A stretch of 64,000 bases of DNA from Camelus dromedarius (lineage: Eukaryota). Every line of letters starts with the position of its first letter. Position 1 is the first letter of the stretch. This document shows, in pieces, positions 28,167-42,034 of this stretch. The notes below the pieces were generated by a model. The model was not told the origin of the DNA. It made no database searches and was given only the letters and a program-made list of their open reading frames with translations. A program made the translations under genes and the position numbers. The stretch is taken from NCBI RefSeq assembly GCF_036321535.1, contig NC_087472.1:95792001-95856000 (forward strand), given 5' to 3'.

Positions 28167-30085
28167 TAAGGTCTCTCCAGTTTAATTTTTCCAAAATACA
28201 AGTTGTAGTTAGAGAAAGAGAAACGGCCTCTGCAACGGGCACCCGAACGCGCCAACTTGGAGACGTGCGCACCCCGGCGCACACAGTCAGGGTCCCCGGC
28301 GCTGCGGTTCGGGCCAGGTCCCAGACGAGGCGCAGGAAGCGCTACGGGCCTTCGCCGCCAGAACTAAGCAGGGGCTATTTTTGGCCGCTGTGTGGTGCGC
28401 TCGCCACCCCCGCCTGATGCCCCGGGAGCCTGCTGGGTATCAGTTACGCGGTTCGCAGTAAAGCTGGAGCCCGTGCCTGACGAGAAGGCCGTTAAAAAGA
28501 ACTAGGTTCTGTCATTTGAGGACTCCTGAAATAGCCGAAGGAAGTAAAAACTGGTCAATGTTTGGTATCTACAACCGTGGGGGCACCAGTCAGAATCTTC
28601 CCTTCTCACCGCTGTCCCCTCTCGCTCCACATACTTTATACCCAGTGTTGGTTTAATGTATGCGAGTTCACAGGAGTGGGCATTGATTGCTGGGAGCCTG
28701 GCAGGCAATAGACGAAAACAGCCTGGGGAATTTTTCCTTTGAACGGGTGTCCAACCAGGGTATTCCGCCTGGTCATGATCCACTTCCCAGTCGCCTGAGT
28801 TTTTGGGGGAAAGATGTGCCTGTGAGATGACTGGGACCCTGGACGCTGGCTTATTCATCTGACCTGGGGTGCCGGCCAGGCTGGGGTTCTTCCTCTCCCA
28901 CCCCAAGGCTAAGGTCTGGCCCAGGCGAGGAGCCACGGTTAGGGCAAACTTCCCCCAACAAGGAAGGAGAAAGGGATGGGTATCTGCCTGGCGTTGGGCT
29001 TGTCAAGCTCAAGCAGCTTCTTTGAGCAGCTTCTTCGCAGGAGACGTGTATAGCTTTTCAATGTGCATTTTAGTAGCGAAAAGCTGCCCCCCGCCTTGAA
29101 CCAGAGGAGAAATTACTTAGTGCTCAGGAGGCCCGAGCCAACTCTCCAGTGTAGTTGGTCTAGCAATTAATTGCCAAACTGTCTCCTAACCAGAAACGGA
29201 AAAGAGTAGATTGGCTGTGGGGCAAAGGCACTCTACTTGATCATCCCTTCAGCTAAACTTGGTCCTCTCCTGTGCCATCCAGTCCCTTCATTATCTTTAA
29301 AAAAGAAAATAAAATTTAAAATCAGTGTGTGCTACCAAATAGCTACCTGGCCAACCCACTTTTTGCATTTATCACATAAGTGTAATTCAAAAGAAGAAAG
29401 TGATGCAATGTCACTTGGCACCCAGGTCTGCCCTTTTCTAGCTTCTCCGGGGGAACCAAAGTACCAGAAAAGAGGCAGCTCCTCTTCACCACCCCACGCC
29501 CACCTCTTTTCAACCCGGGCATTCGTTAGAGCACCTTGGCTCCTTCCCGGAGCCAGCCAGGAGTGTGGTTTGGGGATTTTAGATTTGCTGTGCTCACTGT
29601 AGCACGAGGCAGCAGGAAGCCCTCAGCGAACCGGTTTTCTCCCAGTGCTGAAGTTTCAGGTGTGGACTTTGGGGACTGCCAGCAGTGCAGACCCTGGTCC
29701 CAGGCTGAAGCAGCCCCGGCTCCTTCATATTAGCGAGCGGAGAGCCAATTATTCTTGGTGCGCTCATATTTTCGGTAAACAGGTCGTAAGCCGTTTTACA
29801 GCATCTTAAATGGTTTCCTATTTGCCTTAATTATCGCAGTAATAACTGCAATGACGGGGTAGGGTTTCAGTTAAATTGACTTCCCCTGAGATGGGCAGGG
29901 TTTGTAGTGGGCACTGGAGTCAGGAGGTGCACAGAATTTTGTTTAATCGAAAAATTACCCCACTGAACTCTTAACAAGCTTAACATATCTCCAGAGGGTA
30001 ATAGGGAGTATGACCTAAGGGGGTGAGGGAGAGAGGAAGGCGGGGGAGAGGGAGAGATGGAGGGAAAGGCAGAGAGCTGGCAAGG

Positions 30086-30122
<37 letters not shown>

Positions 30123-30240
30123 CAGAAGGGAGAGAACATTTTTTAAAGAAGGCAGAAAGAAACCAAGAATGTGAAAGGAATGTTTTTAGTTGAGTGCTGA
30201 GTTCTCTCATTTACTGTTAGGACCAAACAGGGTAAAAAGC

Positions 30241-30244
<4 letters not shown>

Positions 30245-30316
<72 letters not shown>

Positions 30317-30320
30317 TGTG
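30245..30320 (+). repeat. (TG)n microsatellite in ARX intron 2
   Basis: Over 30 uninterrupted TG units. Confidence 0.97.
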
Positions 30321-30636
30321 TTTCTTGTCTAACTCTGGATTAAGAGAGAGCGAGAGAGAATCTGAGTTTACAGACTTGTAGACTCAAGATGCCACCCCCG
30401 TCACTCTTGAATATCATACAATACAGTGCAATATATAATCTCCTGTATCTGGCAATGTGTTATGTTTTTATGTTTTCAGTCAAATAGCAGGCACTCCAGA
30501 GGTGGTGAAGGGCTGGTGATGCCCATGTGTTTGGGGTGAGACCCTAATGGAGGAGGCTGCCAGCGAGGGAAAGGTGGCTGACAGGGGACTGCTGGAGCCT
30601 GCAGTGACCTCCTGCCTGTGTGTTGCTTTCTTATAG

Positions 30637-30682
30637 GGAGGAACTGGCCATGAGGCTGGACTTGACTGAAGCCCGGGTCCAG
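30637..30682 (+). CDS. ARX: ARX coding exon 3 (REELAMRLDLTEARVQ), middle of homeodomain
   Basis: Acceptor ttgctttcttatag|G and donor CAG|gtgagc. 46 nt, too short for the ORF track. Bridges the exon 2 and exon 4 phases exactly. Confidence 0.97.
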
Positions 30683-33044
30683 GTGAGCTGCGCTGCAGAG
30701 AGGGAGGAAGGGGGGAGGGGTGGTGGGCTGTGGGGAGAGTGGGAGAGAGATGACTTGATGGATTTGGGGGGTTGTTGAGAGACCCCTCCTTCATAACATG
30801 AAGGGAAGCAGAATTAGAAAAACAGACCCAAACACTCACACACAAAACTGTATTAAAACATGAAAACCTGGGAGGTTCAAGGGGAAGGCTTCTAGGTTTG
30901 GGAGCCTTGTGGAAGGAGACCAGGATCACAAGAGGGGTTTCAGGGTCCCTGAGACTGAAGTTCAGAAGCGCCCCCCCGCCTCCCCGTCCTCAGCCTCTGT
31001 AGGAAACAATCTCTGAACTGACTTCTCCTGATTGAAATAATGGGATGGAGCATGGATTTGGTTGTTAGACAAATCCGCTCAGCTCCAAGCAGGTATTTGG
31101 CTGCGATTAAGTCTCCAATCGGGCTTCATAAAAGCCCACTTAGTGCTAGAACAAACAGGGCCATTTGAAGGCAAAATGCTGTTTGATTTCCCCTCCGCCC
31201 GCACAAGGAGCTGGCTAATGCTATTTGATTTCCCATTTTTTATAGCAATGAGCCCACATTGATCTAATAGGGAGTGAGTGCAATGCTATTAAAGGTGTTT
31301 GCAGCCCCATACCAGAGTGCATTTCCGAACCCAGGCCTCATAACCAAAGAGACGATCAACACTGGGCAGCCCCAATGGCCAACAGAAAACAGATGTCCCC
31401 GGGTTAGGAGCTGAGTGAATCACTTTACAGTCAAAATCAAGCGCTGATAAAGCACAATAAATTCCATATGGCTCATTTAATACACAACAGCTTCTTGCAT
31501 TAGAGGGCTAATGATGAGGCCTGTCCCCTCCTTTCTGTTGACACATTTCTCCATTGTCAAACAGAGATGTGACAGCAACTCCGTATTCTCAGCTCAGGGG
31601 AACGAGTCGTGGGAAAGTTAAATAACTTTTAAAAAGAAAGAGAGTGCCCCCTCCCCTTCTCCTCTCTCCCTATTCACTGGAGAAGATGTAATTAAGTGAA
31701 TATGAATTATTAGAGTCCTTTCGTTTACCTTTGGGGGGCCTCAGAGGTATTAATTCAATAATGAGGAATTGCAGGGGGACATCTTGATAATTGCAGTTGA
31801 GCTGGGAGAGCCGATCTGTCTGTAAAAGGTTTCCACGTTCTTTGAGGGCATTTCTGCCTCCACTGTCCGCACCCCCTCCACTCCTTTCACTGCCTTGGAG
31901 GAGCAGCAATCTTCCCGTCTAGACAGATTTGGATACACAAAAGCTGCCCCCCCAGCCTGGTCCCATCTAGCCTTACTTGTTCAAGTCTCTGAATTTCCAC
32001 ACTGGAGTGTTTCTGCAATTCTCAAATAGATTATTTGAGGGCTGTGGAATGTTATGGGTGGGCCCCCTTTTGGCAGAATTTTAAGTAATCCACCAATTTG
32101 GATTCTTGATTTTTCTTGCCCCAGGTGGCTGTCTACAAGTCAAACCAAGCCTAGATACTAGTGCTAGTAACGACAGCCCCCAGTGTGTATATTTGAAAGG
32201 CACAGATGTCTTAAAAATTTTTTAAACATATTCCTTTGGGATCATTTACATTATATTTGAATATAACTCTGTATAGCCCTGGAGTTCATTCTTAATTTGT
32301 AGACTTGTGTGCAGGCATAAACCCAGCCCTAAGAATCTTAATGCCTTCAGGGGAGAAGGAGCATATCTTCTCGGCTGTGGGTGTGATGAGCAGGTCACAT
32401 AAAAATAATTTCATGCTCCTGAAAGTTATTTTTAGCCTATGGTAGCTGCCACATTTCAGGTAAAGGTCTCTACTAAAACTGCTTTCTATTAACAATTAGG
32501 AAGATACCTTGTGCTGAAAACCTCCCCCAAACCTAGAACTGTCTTATTTAAATAACCTGTTTAAACCGCATTCCCAGAGGAAATAAAGGACTGTTCGCTC
32601 TGAAGGTGTGCACCATCTCCAGGCATCCCGCACGCTGGCCGCGCAGCCAGTGCCTTCCGGGCAGAGCTGATCCCAGCGCAGAGCTCCCTGTGTACCCCAC
32701 GCTCCATTTCAAGGAGGACTGACCCCCCCAGATGTCTGCCTGTTTGCTAATTACCATGGGTACTCCTTCCCTCCGTCCCAGCTCTCTCTAAGCCCAGAAC
32801 CCAGAGTGGTAATCATAGGTGTCCAATAACTATTTCGGGAAAGATTAAATGAACCACCTCCCCGATTCCCTTTTCAACACAGCAAGGATTTTGCCAGCTC
32901 TTGTGTAAACCTGAAATAGGCAAGCATCACTGATGGGCAGCAGAAGGCTGATACGCATTCTTCTCTTGGTGGCTGCCATTCCCAAAAGTCACCACTGAAT
33001 GCCCGCTTCCACAGCCTTATTCTAGTCCTTCCTCATCACAGCCT

Positions 33045-33180
33045 TAGAAGTAAAGTTTTATTATCCCCATTTTACAGATGAGAAAACTGAGGTTCAGAGA
33101 GCTTTAAGTGACCTGTTTAAAGACACACAGCAAGCAAAAGCAGTGCAGACATTTAAACTTTGGCTTCCCCACCTTGAAAC
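33045..33180 (-). mobile_element. MIR in ARX intron 3
   Basis: ttattatccccattttacagatgagaaaactgaggttcagagag core. Confidence 0.85.
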
Positions 33181-33425
33181 ACCAAATCACTTTCCTTAAA
33201 CTTGGAAGGGAACTAGGCTAATTGAAATATTCACTGGAAAGGGTTTGCTTGCCCTGTGTCTCTTGCTGGCTTTTCATTTGGGCCCCCTTTCACTGCCCCT
33301 TTGGCCCCAGATGTGTCCTTGAATAACCTGAGGCCAGAGAGGGGCGAGATGGGAGTGGGCCGCAGTGGAAAGGAGGGGGGCCCCACAGCGCGGGCCGGGG
33401 GAGAGAAAGAGAGGGTGCACCCTGA

Positions 33426-33791
<366 letters not shown>

Positions 33792-35620
33792 TAACAAGTG
33801 GCCTCGGGGAGTCTGTCAGTCTCTCATACACGCACAGAGGCTGGGGTCCAGGGAGGAGGCTGGAAACGGGCAGGGACGACACACATCTTTTCTCTGGCTT
33901 AACCCCAGAGATTTAGCCAAAGAAAATACTCCCTAATTTTGCCTCAAACAATGTAGCTCTTGAAGGGAATGACCTGGGACTGAGTGGCGAAGGGAAGGAC
34001 AGTGGCAGTAACAACAACTGTAGAAATTGGAAGTATTCAGTGAAAGCTGTAAAAGTATTGTTTGAAGGTAGCAACAGGCCAGGTCATAGATGTCAGTGGG
34101 TACAGGTATAGGCCACAGAACCGGCGTGACTTTTCAAGTTTTGCAAAAATCCTTCCTCATGCCCCAAAGCCTGGCAGCCAGAGGAACACAGCCCTGGTCC
34201 CCACAGGAGCCCTGGAGCCACGGGCCCTCTGGGTGTAAAGAATTCTTTCTTCTTCCCCAGACTCTATCTTCCTTGTCACTCAAGTGACCCGCCCGCCAAC
34301 CACACCCCAAAACGCGCAACCCCCGACCCCCGACCCCCACAGCGGCACAAGACAACGAAATAAAAGAGACAGTTCATCGTATATTATAATTCCCTTTCTT
34401 TAAATGAACATCAAATGATGAAATTTAAAGTCTGTATAATCACACAGACAAAGAAACAAAGGAGAGATGTATTAAGTTGGAAAGTGCAGTGAAAATAAAA
34501 CTGAATGCAGCTTCAATGATCTCTCTTTGGAAGAACAAAGAAATAATAGATTCATCCAACTGCGCAGCTACTTAACATAAAATCACCTTGGAGAAAATTT
34601 TCAAAAAAGACTCAAAGTAAAATTAGTTTCTTGTAACAAACCAATACAGTAAACAGAAAGTGCACTGAAGTGTAGTTAGTGACTCAGTTTACCTAGTGGA
34701 ACCAGGGTATGTTATCTCCCCTCCAGGCCACACTTCATTATTTCTTTCTGGAAAAAAATTTTAAAGTCCTGTGTCCTTCGCCCCCTACACCTTCCTTTTC
34801 CCTTCTCACAAGTGACTTGTAAAAGCTGGCAAACCCGGCTGTGAGATTTGGAGAGGCTGGAAGAGGGGTGCAGTGCAGGTGGCACGAGGGGTGGAGGGTG
34901 GACTTGGGAGAAGCCGGAGGCGCTCCTCGAGGCCAGGTGGGCTCATTTCTAATCGTGGAAACCCTGAGTTGGCCCTGCGGGGGCCCGGAGCCAAAGCCCA
35001 GGGCGGGGCGTGGGGAATAGCTGCGGTTGTGTCGGGTGGCCAAGGGCAGCTCGGGCCTCCGGTGCAGTGCAAAGAGGGTGGAGGCGCCGTGCCGAGCAAT
35101 CCTGGCGCCTCCGCGAGGTGGTGGCTCGGACTGGGGTTCCAGGCTTGGGCCTCACAGTGCGCCGCATGCGGGAGTCGCGGGTCTGTGGTCTCTCCCTCTC
35201 GGGCAAGAGGCTGCAGGGGCGCAAGGAAGGCGGCGGGGTCGGGGGAAAGGTGTCGCCGCGCTGGGACGTGGGGCCGATGGCTGGTCAGAGCCGCTGGTCG
35301 AGCGGAAATCAACAGGCGGGCGCCCCCCACCCCCACCTCGTGGTCATCGGTCGGGCACTGGTAGCTCAGCCCGGCGCGGGAGGGCTGCCGAGGCAGCGGG
35401 AAGGCCAGCCAACAAGACCGGCTTTTCCAGGGTAAAAGGAGCCCCGGATGGGAAGGCGCCCTAGAGCGTACAAAGTGCAGCACAGGTCTCTATCAGTTTT
35501 GATCCCACGTTGTCCCTTCTTTCTGCCCCCTCCCCTTTTCTCTCCTCTTCTTTCTCTTTGTCTCTCCTCTTTTTCTCTCCTGGCAAATAGTATTACAGGC
35601 AACTGGAACTCCTGGTCTGA

Positions 35621-36253
<633 letters not shown>

Positions 36254-37185
36254 AGGCTGCCCTCCACCCTCGCACCCCGGGCGCGCCCCGAAAGGTCACC
36301 TCATTCAGCACCACGCAAGACCAAATGGAAACAGAGGACCAGCACACTCCCGAGACGGCACTGAGAGAGCGCAGCCGCCTTCGCAGCAGCCTGGACGCGG
36401 GCACGGCAGCCCTCGGCGCTACCGGACGTGGCACCTCGTCGGCTGGCTGTCCACCCGCCCCTGCCCCTGCCCACTTCGCTCCAAATCGAACGTCCACTCT
36501 CCCCCGTTCTTACTTTACTGAAGATACCGGGGAGGTTTTCTCCCCAAGATGCCTGGTATTGAAGTCAAAAATTTTAAAAGCCCAACCTCTCTTCCTCCTG
36601 ACACCCTCACTTAGCTTTTTTTGTTTGTTTAATAGCATTTTGGCGCTCTAAGTTGATATCCCCAGCGTGGGCCCCGGCGAGAAGCCAGGGCCGGGGGAGC
36701 GAATGCGAATCTGTAAGATAGCTAACAGTGCACTTAACGGAAAGGGGCGTCTTGTTCTTGTTCTCTTCTTTATCATACACCAACCAAGGTTTTTATATCA
36801 AACCAAAGGGAAATACTCTGCTAGAATATGGACTGTTGAAGTCACCAAACTGTGATTATTGATTCTGTACATACCATTGTTATTAAAAAAAAAAAGAACA
36901 GAGCTTTGTATATTTGAAATGTTATAACGCAATTGCACTCAGCGTGGTATGGTAAAAGTTTGTCCTCCTGTAGATTCTTACTGTGTTGTAGATACGGTAG
37001 GGTTCCTAGACAAATATTTATGTACTCAAGCCCTTTATTTAACTTATTAACTGTAGAGGCTTCCGAAACCTACAAGATAAAGGCAATGGTACAGTACTTT
37101 TGTGTAATGTGTAATTGTTATCACTTTTCCTTGCTATCTAGTGGAGAAGTGTCACGCTCAAAATAAAAAAAAATTATATGTTTAA
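36254..37185 (+). other. ARX: ARX 3' UTR (end approximate)
   Basis: Follows the stop codon. Distal half is AU-rich with miRNA and Pumilio seed matches. Ends shortly after AATAAA at 37162. Confidence 0.8.
37162..37167 (+). terminator. ARX: ARX polyadenylation signal AATAAA
   Basis: AATAAA about 0.9 kb after the stop codon, at the switch from AU-rich UTR to GC-rich flank. Confidence 0.8.
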
Positions 37186-37678
37186 CAGAAGGAAGTGTGA
37201 ATACTCTCTGCAGGCGCTGAGGGGACAATAGAAGGGAGCCCCCCAGACGCCAGGGGTGGGGGGTGCGCTCCAGCGCCCCGGCACCTCCTGGGCTTATCTG
37301 CACCAGCGTTCTGGCAGAGGCCCCTGGTTTGAACCTGATCCCCAAAGGGATCCGGGTTTCCTAAGAAGGTTAAGATTGCCGCCTCGGGCTTTCTACGCGT
37401 CTCGGCTCTCTGGTCGTGTCGCAGCGGGAGTTGGGGGGCCAGGGCCGGGGAGGTGGGGTGGGCTCGAGGGTGGGTGGGTGCACGGTAGGCGTTGTTGATG
37501 GTGAAGACAACTTTAAAGCGAACGGGAGTCTTGGATCAGAAGGCGAAGGAAACTGTTCGTCGGAAGTGCCACGTACAAGGAAGTGCGCAGTCCGAGATGA
37601 CAGGTAATGGCGAGAGCGAGGAGCCCAGGCGCTGGCTTCCGAGGGGGCGGGCTCCAGGGTACACGCGCGGGGAGGAGG

Positions 37679-37704
37679 GTGTGTGTGTGTGTGTGTGTGT
37701 GTGC

Positions 37705-37738
<34 letters not shown>
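37679..37738 (+). repeat. (GT)n(GA)n compound microsatellite
   Basis: Directly visible. Confidence 0.95.
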
Positions 37739-37899
37739 AGAACGCAGGAACAGTGATGGAAAGGCAGCAAGGGGTATCCAAGTGGCAGATCTTAACTCGA
37801 CAAATGTCATTACATCACTTATCCAGGCATTGGGAAATGTATATACTTAAAAAAAAATCTAAACAACTCAGGTTTCTCGAGAAGACCCAAACAGATTTG

Positions 37900-38810
37900 C
37901 AATCTGCCACCCCTCTGGGTGCACCCCTCCCCGCGTCAGCGACGGTAGCTTCTCCCTCCCCCGGGGCCTGCCTGCGCCCCTCGGGTGACCGCTTGGTGTA
38001 AGCCAGCCCGCGGGGGCCGGGTCTCGCCAACGCTCCCAGGGTGATGGGAAAGGGAAGAGAAGCTTAATTAGTTTCAATTTGCAGTAATTAGCGCGCCGGA
38101 CCTTTGGGGAGAGGGGCAGGCGAGGCGGTGGGGGCTGCCGCGGCGTGACTAGCGGGGCTCTCGGAGCCGGTGCCGCCGCCCCGCCAGGCCGCAGGCCAGT
38201 GGGTCGCAGCGGGGGGAGCAGGCGCGTCTCCGGGCCGGGCCCGCCAGGCACTGCGCGCGCTCCCAGGCCGCGCCCCGGAGAAAGGGGGCGGGTCCCCTGG
38301 CGGCCCGGGGCGCAAGCGTGCGCCGCCGACGGGCAGGTGCGGGGGCGGGCGGAGGTCAGCGGCAACTCGGGGGTGGCCGACAGGCTCCGCAGCTGCGGCT
38401 CTCAGGCCTGGGCGTCCTCGGTTCGCCTGCCCGGCCGGAAAGCCGCAGCCCCCGCCCGCCGGACACCTTGGGGAGCGCGCCCCCGGGGCTCCCGGGCCGA
38501 GGAGGGTTCCCTGGACCTTCGCCCTCCCGTGGGTCACTGCCACCTGGCCCGGGCCCTGGATTCGCGAGGGCGGCGCTCGCCAGGAGGGGCCCTGCCTGGG
38601 GCACGGGGAGTAGGCGCCAACTACCTCCGCTCAGCCCTTCCCGTCACGCACTCCTTTCTCGGGGAACTTTCTAGGATATCAACCCAGATTTCAGTGTCTC
38701 AGACCTCCAAACTCCACAGGGTCGCCTGAGGTGCGGGCCGCTTTCCTGGATGGGCAGGGCTACTCGGGAGTTTGGGGTGGGGACGGAGGATTGCGGGAGG
38801 AGCGTGAGGG
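37900..38810. promoter_or_regulatory. CpG island downstream of ARX
   Basis: Very high GC and CpG, no credible coding frame. Confidence 0.8.
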
Positions 38811-38979
38811 AAAGGGCTTTTTTTTACCCCTTTCCTTTTCTTTCTTTTTTCTTTTCTTTCTTTCTTTCTTTCTTTTTTTTTTTTTTTGGTGGTCAATATC
38901 AATTTTCCGTCGATTTTGGCTTTTTGTTTAGGTAGGGCTTCCCCCCCCCCCAGGCTGCCAGTTGGATGGTATACGAGAA

Positions 38980-39520
38980 ACAGTACCATTCTTCCTGTTA
39001 ATGAACTCTTTTTTAAGTCATTTTTTCTCATTTGACCCTTCTATGGAGCAGAAGCAAATTGCGTGAAATTACCTCCAAGGATTACATTTATTACTGGCCA
39101 ATGAGAACCCCTCGCCTTGTTTTACAAACTCTTAATCCTATGTCATTCTGATGCCGCAAACAAGCCCGGTCCTGGGCCTCCTATTCTTTCAACTTTCCCC
39201 AGCTGGAGGGACCTCATTCTGCACTTAATATTCCCCATAAATATCACACGCTAAAGACCCCCTGACTTCCAGCAAGTCCACATTAAACATGTGACATGTC
39301 ACGCATGACAAACTCTGAGTATCTTTTCAAAGCAGCATTAAAAGCAAAGAAACCAATTTTCTTCTCCTTCCAAACCTCCCCAAGTGCTGAATGATGGGGA
39401 TTGGAAAGAGCCACTGGAGCGTACTTAGGGGGATTTTATGAGATTTTCCAGAATGATTTAATCTTATTGTGAGCATTATTAATGAATGGCAACCCAATTT
39501 GGCCCCAATATCTGGGAACG
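38980..39520. promoter_or_regulatory. Candidate conserved enhancer 3' of ARX (position consistent with VISTA hs145)
   Basis: AT-rich homeodomain-site-dense island inside GC-rich flank, about 2 kb past the ARX polyA site. Confidence 0.5.
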
Positions 39521-40539
39521 CGGTCACAATGCTGCGAGCGGCTGACCCTCCCAACCTTAAGCAAACCTCTTCTACCCTGGAGGAGGCCGTGGGGAGCCCA
39601 GGGGAGTCCTGGTGAGGGGGACACGACTGTCCCCGATCACACCCAGGCCAGACTGTCCCACCACCTGCTTTCCCAGGGCCGCCCCCACAGCATCTTGGGG
39701 TGAGGAGTGAGGGTGCCCAGTCCAGTCTCGGTGGGAAGGATAAGGAGAAAGGTATGTTAATTTGCTACATTTTCAGACAAGCCAGCCAGATCCGGAATGG
39801 ACCCCCGAAAGGAAAGGCAGGAAGGGAGCAGCTGGCAGGGTATTACCAGAAGGTGCCCCGAAGTGTTGTTCCATCACCAGCTCCCCATGGCCCGGAATGT
39901 GGACACTTAGGGAGGACAGCCTAGGTTTGTGGTGAGGAAGATACAAAGTGGCTGATTTAGGGAGAGTGAGCATTGAAGGAGATCCTTCAAAACCTAAAGG
40001 TTTCAGGGCTTGAAACTCAGTCTTCAGCTAAAGTCACCAGTATTTGCCACGGCCAGTTTTGTTTTTTTTTTTCCTATTACCCTCCCTCCCCACAAGTGGG
40101 GCAAACAATTATTATTATTGTTTTGGATTTGTAATACCAAGAGACAAGGCACCTACACTTCTTTTTCATATCATCTTGAGGTCAGAGATCTTCCGAGAAT
40201 GGAAAAGGGGCTGATGTTAGAGGAAAGGAAATTATACATGAGTTAGTTCAGCTTGCTTTTAGAGGAAAAAAAAATGTGTACGTGAGCATGTGTATACACA
40301 AAAGTGAGTGTGTCTGAATGAAGGGAGTCTTAAATGGAGCCTAAAATGGTATTTTGGAACACCGAGCTCCCCGGAGCAACTGCATGTGTATTTAAGTGAC
40401 AGTGGTAGCCTGGCTGGGGGCGGGGAGAAGAAAAGCTGTTACCTGACTGGGGGGAGGGGGGGAGAAGCATTTCTTAAAGAAAAAAGTCGTGTTGTCCCTG
40501 GATGTTATTAGCAGTCCAGTTTGAAGTCTACATTTTTTC

Positions 40540-41420
40540 CTTTAAAGAAAAGGGAGCGATCACCAGTTATACATTAAGAAATGTCATTCAGTCATTTTTA
40601 TTCATTCTCCAGAAATCTTCGTAAAAGCCTGAATCATACTTCTACAAGCAGCAATTTTGTTAATCCAGGGGGTTATTACTCTGGGCCCTTATTAGGTTCT
40701 ACACCACTGCCAAGCAATCCTATAACCCTCTCAAAAGAAGTTTACCTCCCTGTTATAAAACCAGTAGTGGTATTTATACTGTGCAATAATTAGTGTATTA
40801 CTTGAATCCACTAACACGTTCATTTTATCTCTGCACAAAACCTCTAGTCTGCTTATAGAAAGCTTGTGCCTCCTTTGGTGCTGGTAAAGTGGTGAAAGAG
40901 TGAATTGAAGGCTGGTTGCACTTTCTCCTTTTGCCTCGCCTTAATTCCCATCTCTTTTTGCTCTCATCCAATTAGCACAGTGTATTAAGCGGTTTATCAT
41001 CTCATAGTCAGCTATTGAGAGAAACAAGGCGAGCACTTTGCAATAGAACCTGCGCTCCTTTGACACCCTCAGGTACTTACATATTCCACTGTGCTATGAA
41101 TAATAGAGGAAGAATGGAGCGCTAATTCCCTCATCAAAGAATGCCTTGTCTCCTGCTTTGCTCAACAACACCATTCCGATCAAAAGAAAAGCAATAAAGC
41201 TTAGCATAACAAAACGAAACCTACTTATTAGCTGAGTGGTTAAATTAATGCAGAGCCGCTGCTATTGAAAACCAAGGTTTGAAAACAGCCTCCAACAACC
41301 TGATAATGCTGCCTTCGGGATGAAGGAATTTTAATCTGAAATTTGAGGCTGGCTCAGATGAGTTAATCTATTAAACTGCTATAAGGAAGCTCCACAGCAA
41401 ACTGTTCAATTAAGAAATAT
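40540..41420. promoter_or_regulatory. Probable orthologue of ultraconserved enhancer uc.468/uc.469 (VISTA hs122 region); boundaries approximate
   Basis: Repeat-free AT-rich block dense in TAAT/ATTA and TCF-like ATCAAAG motifs, in the ARX-POLA1 intergenic gap where these elements are known to lie. Assigned by position and composition, not alignment. Confidence 0.7.
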
Positions 41421-42034
41421 TTAGGTGAGCGGAGGGGGGGGGGCAAGAAGGGAAAGGCTAGGAGGGTTAAAGTCTGGGATGGGAGATGGGAGAATGAATT
41501 GAGGGTCAGGGGATTCTGACAAGAGGGACCAGGGGCTTAGTGTGTTTTTCGTAAAACTGACAGGAGAACTCTGCTTTTGGAGTTTCCTTATCTTTGCATC
41601 ATCTGCCAAACTAATTTAAATGATATGTTTGAAAAGGAGTGTTGAGGCGCATCTGTGTGCGTTGGAGGGACGGCTGGCGGGGGGGGGTATGTGGCAGTGA
41701 ATCCGGCCCTTCTCACCAACCTTGCCCAAACTCCAGTCTGTGAACTTTTTTAGCCTCCACGTCTTGGGCAACAGTCTCGAGACGAACCCCATCTGTTTCC
41801 TGGACAAATTCAAATCTTATTGAGCACGATTTGTAGGACTTTTTCAACTTCTGGCCTCCCCTAGCTAGCCCCCTTTATACGAAGGAGAGCTGAAAGTTAG
41901 CAAGTTGTGACCAAGATAAAAGTGCTCCCTGTTGTAGGCAGACCAGAAATTCAACAGGAAAGATGCCCCTCTCAGAGACATGGGGCTCTGAGAAGAGCAG
42001 CATTCCTTTAGGGCACCATTTCCTACCTGGAGCG

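Noticed and set aside
37868..38729. Overlapping ORFs in the downstream CpG island
   Set aside because: Same GC artefact, open in most frames on both strands.
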